From a virus (taxonomy: Duplodnaviria; Caudoviricetes), in IMG/VR virus record IMGVR_UViG_3300006188_000011, positions 1 to 48,648 of that record: a stretch of 48,648 bases of DNA; one strand, written 5' to 3'. This document shows positions 46,181-48,648 of the stretch, piece after piece. The notes beneath the pieces were generated by a model. It was not told where the DNA came from. It searched no databases and worked only from the letters and a program-made list of their open reading frames with translations. How positions within the stretch are numbered: position 1 is the first letter of the stretch; each line of letters opens with the position of its first letter. A program made the translations under genes and the position numbers.

Positions 46181-47060
46181 CCTCAAGGAACTCCTGAAAA
46201 AGGCCGTCGAAGCATTCAACGCCATTCCGGCAGATAAGCAGCGCGAGATGCTCGAAGCACAGCGCCAGTCTTGGGCGCGTGGCGAGGCCGCTCTAGACCC
46301 GACACCATGCAACACAGCCCCTGTTGACAGAGACAATTCGCCAGCCGTGGGGGACGGACTGATAACAGTCGCTTGGCTCGGCCGTCATGATCTTTGGCCG
46401 GAAGGCATGATGAGTGCATACGAGTTTGAGCCGCAATCATATAAGATGAAACACGAATTGGTCACCCGCGAGAACGCCGAGCAGGTGATAGCAGGGCGAG
46501 AGCGCGAGATCGAACGCCTCAAAAAGGTCAACGCCGCACTGATGGGCGATGACGAGGACAAGCCCCGTTATACGACCAAGCGCGTCAAACAAGAAATTGC
46601 CCGCGCGACAGAATCCCTCGAAGTCAAACTTGTGGCGGCGAACCAGCGGGCGGCTGAATTGGAGAAATACGCTCGCGAGGCGACGAAAGCGATAACCAGC
46701 CTCACCATCGGCGGATCAGAATATTTCGGCAAGCGCATTGGTGAGATGTTTACCGCTGACCTGCCGTTTTGTATCGAGCGCATCCGTGAGCGTATAGGTT
46801 CAAAAATGGACAAAATGCGCGCCGAGGCCGAGGCGAAGCGGTATAGGGATGCTCTGGAAAAGCTGGTAACGGCAAAGGCCCTGTCGGGAATTCGCGCACT
46901 CGTTGCAGGCTGGAACGGCGAGGACAAGCCGGAAGATCAGCGTTACGGCAGGCATCCAGATGGACTTGGTGTTCGCATCGAAACCAGTTGCGGCGAGATA
47001 TACGAACTTGACGAAATCATGCGGGATGCCCGCGCCGTGCTCGGTAGGATGGTGTCATGA
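46173..47060 (+). CDS. Hypothetical coiled-coil mosaic protein
   Basis: GGAGG ribosome-binding site and ATG at 46173; coupled to both neighbours. Confidence 0.6.
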   Translation: MADLKELLKKAVEAFNAIPADKQREMLEAQRQSWARGEAALDPTPCNTAPVDRDNSPAVGDGLITVAWLGRHDLWPEGMMSAYEFEPQSYKMKHELVTRENAEQVIAGREREIERLKKVNAALMGDDEDKPRYTTKRVKQEIARATESLEVKLVAANQRAAELEKYAREATKAITSLTIGGSEYFGKRIGEMFTADLPFCIERIRERIGSKMDKMRAEAEAKRYRDALEKLVTAKALSGIRALVAGWNGEDKPEDQRYGRHPDGLGVRIETSCGEIYELDEIMRDARAVLGRMVS

Positions 47061-47497
47061 CCTCCCCGACCGAAGCTGTCATCAGCAGGGAGACAATCTC
47101 CGAAGACACGCCCCTGCGGCTGGAGCATGCTGTTCGCCTTGCATTCCCCGATGGGAGCATGAAAGTTGCCGGGTTGCGCAAGGAACGCGACGCCGGCCGA
47201 TTGCAAACCGAGCTTATAGCAGGCAAAGAATATGTGACCTTGGCTGCTATCAGGGAGATGCGGGAACTATGTCGCGGACGTCGAAAGGAGCGCGCCTCGT
47301 CTGGCGTGACGAAAGCCGGAAGAGCGATGGTTCGCTCCGAAACAGAGCAGGGTGGTTCATCCGCGACGGGCAAAAATTCATCAGCGTTGGCGGCGGCGAG
47401 GCAAGCCGTGAACGCGCTGAAATCGCGCTCGCAGCCTACATCAACGAAAAATACCAGCCCGCGCGCGAGCGGGGCCGTGACCCCGATCATATCCTGA
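47057..47497 (+). CDS. Putative excisionase
   Basis: PLRL..A...FP.G......LR.E...GRL....IAGK.Y.T...I.EM...C; directly upstream of and overlapping int. Confidence 0.7.
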   Translation: MTSPTEAVISRETISEDTPLRLEHAVRLAFPDGSMKVAGLRKERDAGRLQTELIAGKEYVTLAAIREMRELCRGRRKERASSGVTKAGRAMVRSETEQGGSSATGKNSSALAAARQAVNALKSRSQPTSTKNTSPRASGAVTPIIS

Positions 47498-48552
47498 TCG
47501 CGGACGTACTGAATGTCTATCTGACGGATGTCGCGACCAAACATGCCCGGCCTGCCGAAACAGCGGCCCGGATCGAGAGCATCCTCGATTTCTTCGGGGA
47601 GAGGGTGCTCGGTGAAATAAACGGGAAAATCTGCCGGGATTTCATCGCGCAGTCGTCGACCGAGGCGGCCGCTCGCCGCCAGCTTGAAGACCTGCGGTCG
47701 GCCATCAACTATTATCATAAGGAGGGATACTCGACCTCCGCGCCGAAAATCACTCTCCCGGAAAAGCCCCATCGCCGTGAACGGTGGCTGACCCGCTCTG
47801 AAGCGGCGCGCCTCATCTGGGCGGCATGGCGCATGTCGCAGCGCGCGCCCAGCGGGGATGGCAGTCTTCGGCGCACAGGCAGGCATCTTGCCCGCTTCAT
47901 GCTCGTGGCACTTTATACTGGCACGCGGTCATCCGCCATTTGCGGAGCCGCGATTCGCCCCACGGAAGGCCATGGATATGTCGATCTTGAGCGCGGTGTG
48001 TTTTATCGACGAGCCGAAGGCGCAAGACAGACGAACAAGCGCCAGCCACCGGTACGCCTGCCCGACAGGCTTCTCGCCCATCTTAGACGATGGGCCTCAA
48101 CCGAACTGGAAATCCACACCAAGGGACGGGCGAAGAGCAAGAACATCGGCAGGAAAATTTCGCAGGATTATGTCGTCGAGTGGAACGGCAAACCCGTGAA
48201 CTCGATCAAGAAGGGCTTCCGCAGCGCTCGCAAACTTGCCGGCCTCGACACGGACGTGACGCCGCATATCTTTCGACATACCGCGGCGACATGGCTTATG
48301 CTGGCCGGAACTGACGTCTGGCAGGCGGCTGGCTTCTTGGGGATGACCGTTGAAACTCTCGTCCAGACCTATGGTCACCATCATCCGGACTTTCAGGTAG
48401 AGGCCGCCGAGCGGATCACCGCGAAACACGCCGCTTCACGCCGGCCAAAGAACGTCGTCAGCATCAATGATGCACAGACCGAGAACAAGCCGAACTCGCC
48501 CCACAGATTCCCCACAGATAAAACGGAATTGAAGGTGAACAAGAGCGTTTAA
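47269..48552 (+). CDS. int: Tyrosine integrase
   Basis: LYTG.R, TPH.FRHT.ATW, LG and C-terminal TYGH catalytic residues; adjacent to the att core. Confidence 0.93.
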   Translation: MSRTSKGARLVWRDESRKSDGSLRNRAGWFIRDGQKFISVGGGEASRERAEIALAAYINEKYQPARERGRDPDHILIADVLNVYLTDVATKHARPAETAARIESILDFFGERVLGEINGKICRDFIAQSSTEAAARRQLEDLRSAINYYHKEGYSTSAPKITLPEKPHRRERWLTRSEAARLIWAAWRMSQRAPSGDGSLRRTGRHLARFMLVALYTGTRSSAICGAAIRPTEGHGYVDLERGVFYRRAEGARQTNKRQPPVRLPDRLLAHLRRWASTELEIHTKGRAKSKNIGRKISQDYVVEWNGKPVNSIKKGFRSARKLAGLDTDVTPHIFRHTAATWLMLAGTDVWQAAGFLGMTVETLVQTYGHHHPDFQVEAAERITAKHAASRRPKNVVSINDAQTENKPNSPHRFPTDKTELKVNKSV

Positions 48553-48600
48553 GGGTGATAAGAAAGCCCAGAAATCCGGGCATCTCCAAGAAATCCCCCG

Positions 48601-48647
48601 CGTTCGGGACGAGGGGGTCGGAGGTTCGAATCCTCTCACTCCGACCA
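48601..48647 (+). repeat. att core: 3' half of tRNA-Pro(CGG)
   Basis: Anticodon loop TTCGGGA, T-arm GGAGGTTCGAATCCTC, acceptor strand and CCA are present; the 5' half and D-arm are absent. Confidence 0.85.
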
Positions 48648-48648
48648 T

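Larger units (their letters stand above)
1..48647. mobile_element. Temperate prophage (contractile tail, lambda-like head); left end outside window
   Basis: Lysis, tail, head, replication, immunity and integration modules are all present and end at a tRNA-derived att. Confidence 0.95.

Noticed and set aside
46903-47268. N-terminal extension of integrase in the ORF track (549 aa)
   Set aside because: It overlaps two better-supported genes; ATG 47269 gives a typical 427-aa integrase.
48601-48647. Functional tRNA gene
   Set aside because: The 5' acceptor strand and D-arm are missing; only the att-core fragment is present. ORF 48436-48648 is its antisense shadow.

Overview
This window is the right-hand ~48.6 kb of a temperate alphaproteobacterial (Rhizobiaceae-like) prophage. 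It ends at a 47-bp tRNA-Pro(CGG) 3' fragment (att core) just downstream of a tyrosine integrase. The minus strand (1-35.3 kb) carries lysis genes, a P2/Mu-like contractile tail, and a lambda-like head and packaging module. It continues with a P4-like primase/helicase next to an inverted iteron array, an intact amino-methyltransferase, a doubly deleted C5-methyltransferase, and cII-like and cro genes. The plus strand (35.4-48.6 kb) carries the cI repressor and a repressor-controlled early operon (HD hydrolase, SSB, DUF2303, a phage-encoded DnaN clamp, ASCH, Gp37/68, xis/int). Six 19-bp operators sit in two triplets around the switch. Accessory inserts are an acyltransferase-3 gene beside the tail fibre and a HicAB cassette. 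The highlight is a complete BPP-1-type diversity-generating retroelement (target-VR, IMH, hairpin, avd, TR, spacer, RT) in which all 14 VR/TR mismatches are at TR adenines. Three things about it are unusual. (i) It lies in the early operon, about 33 kb from the tail fibre and on the opposite strand. (ii) Its Mtd-like target appears to lack the N-terminal beta-prism domain. (iii) TR reads in frame into the RT from an ATG coupled to the avd stop. Together these suggest a hypervariable protein that may not be a virion adhesin. Family assignments come from motif recognition by eye, not from database searches.
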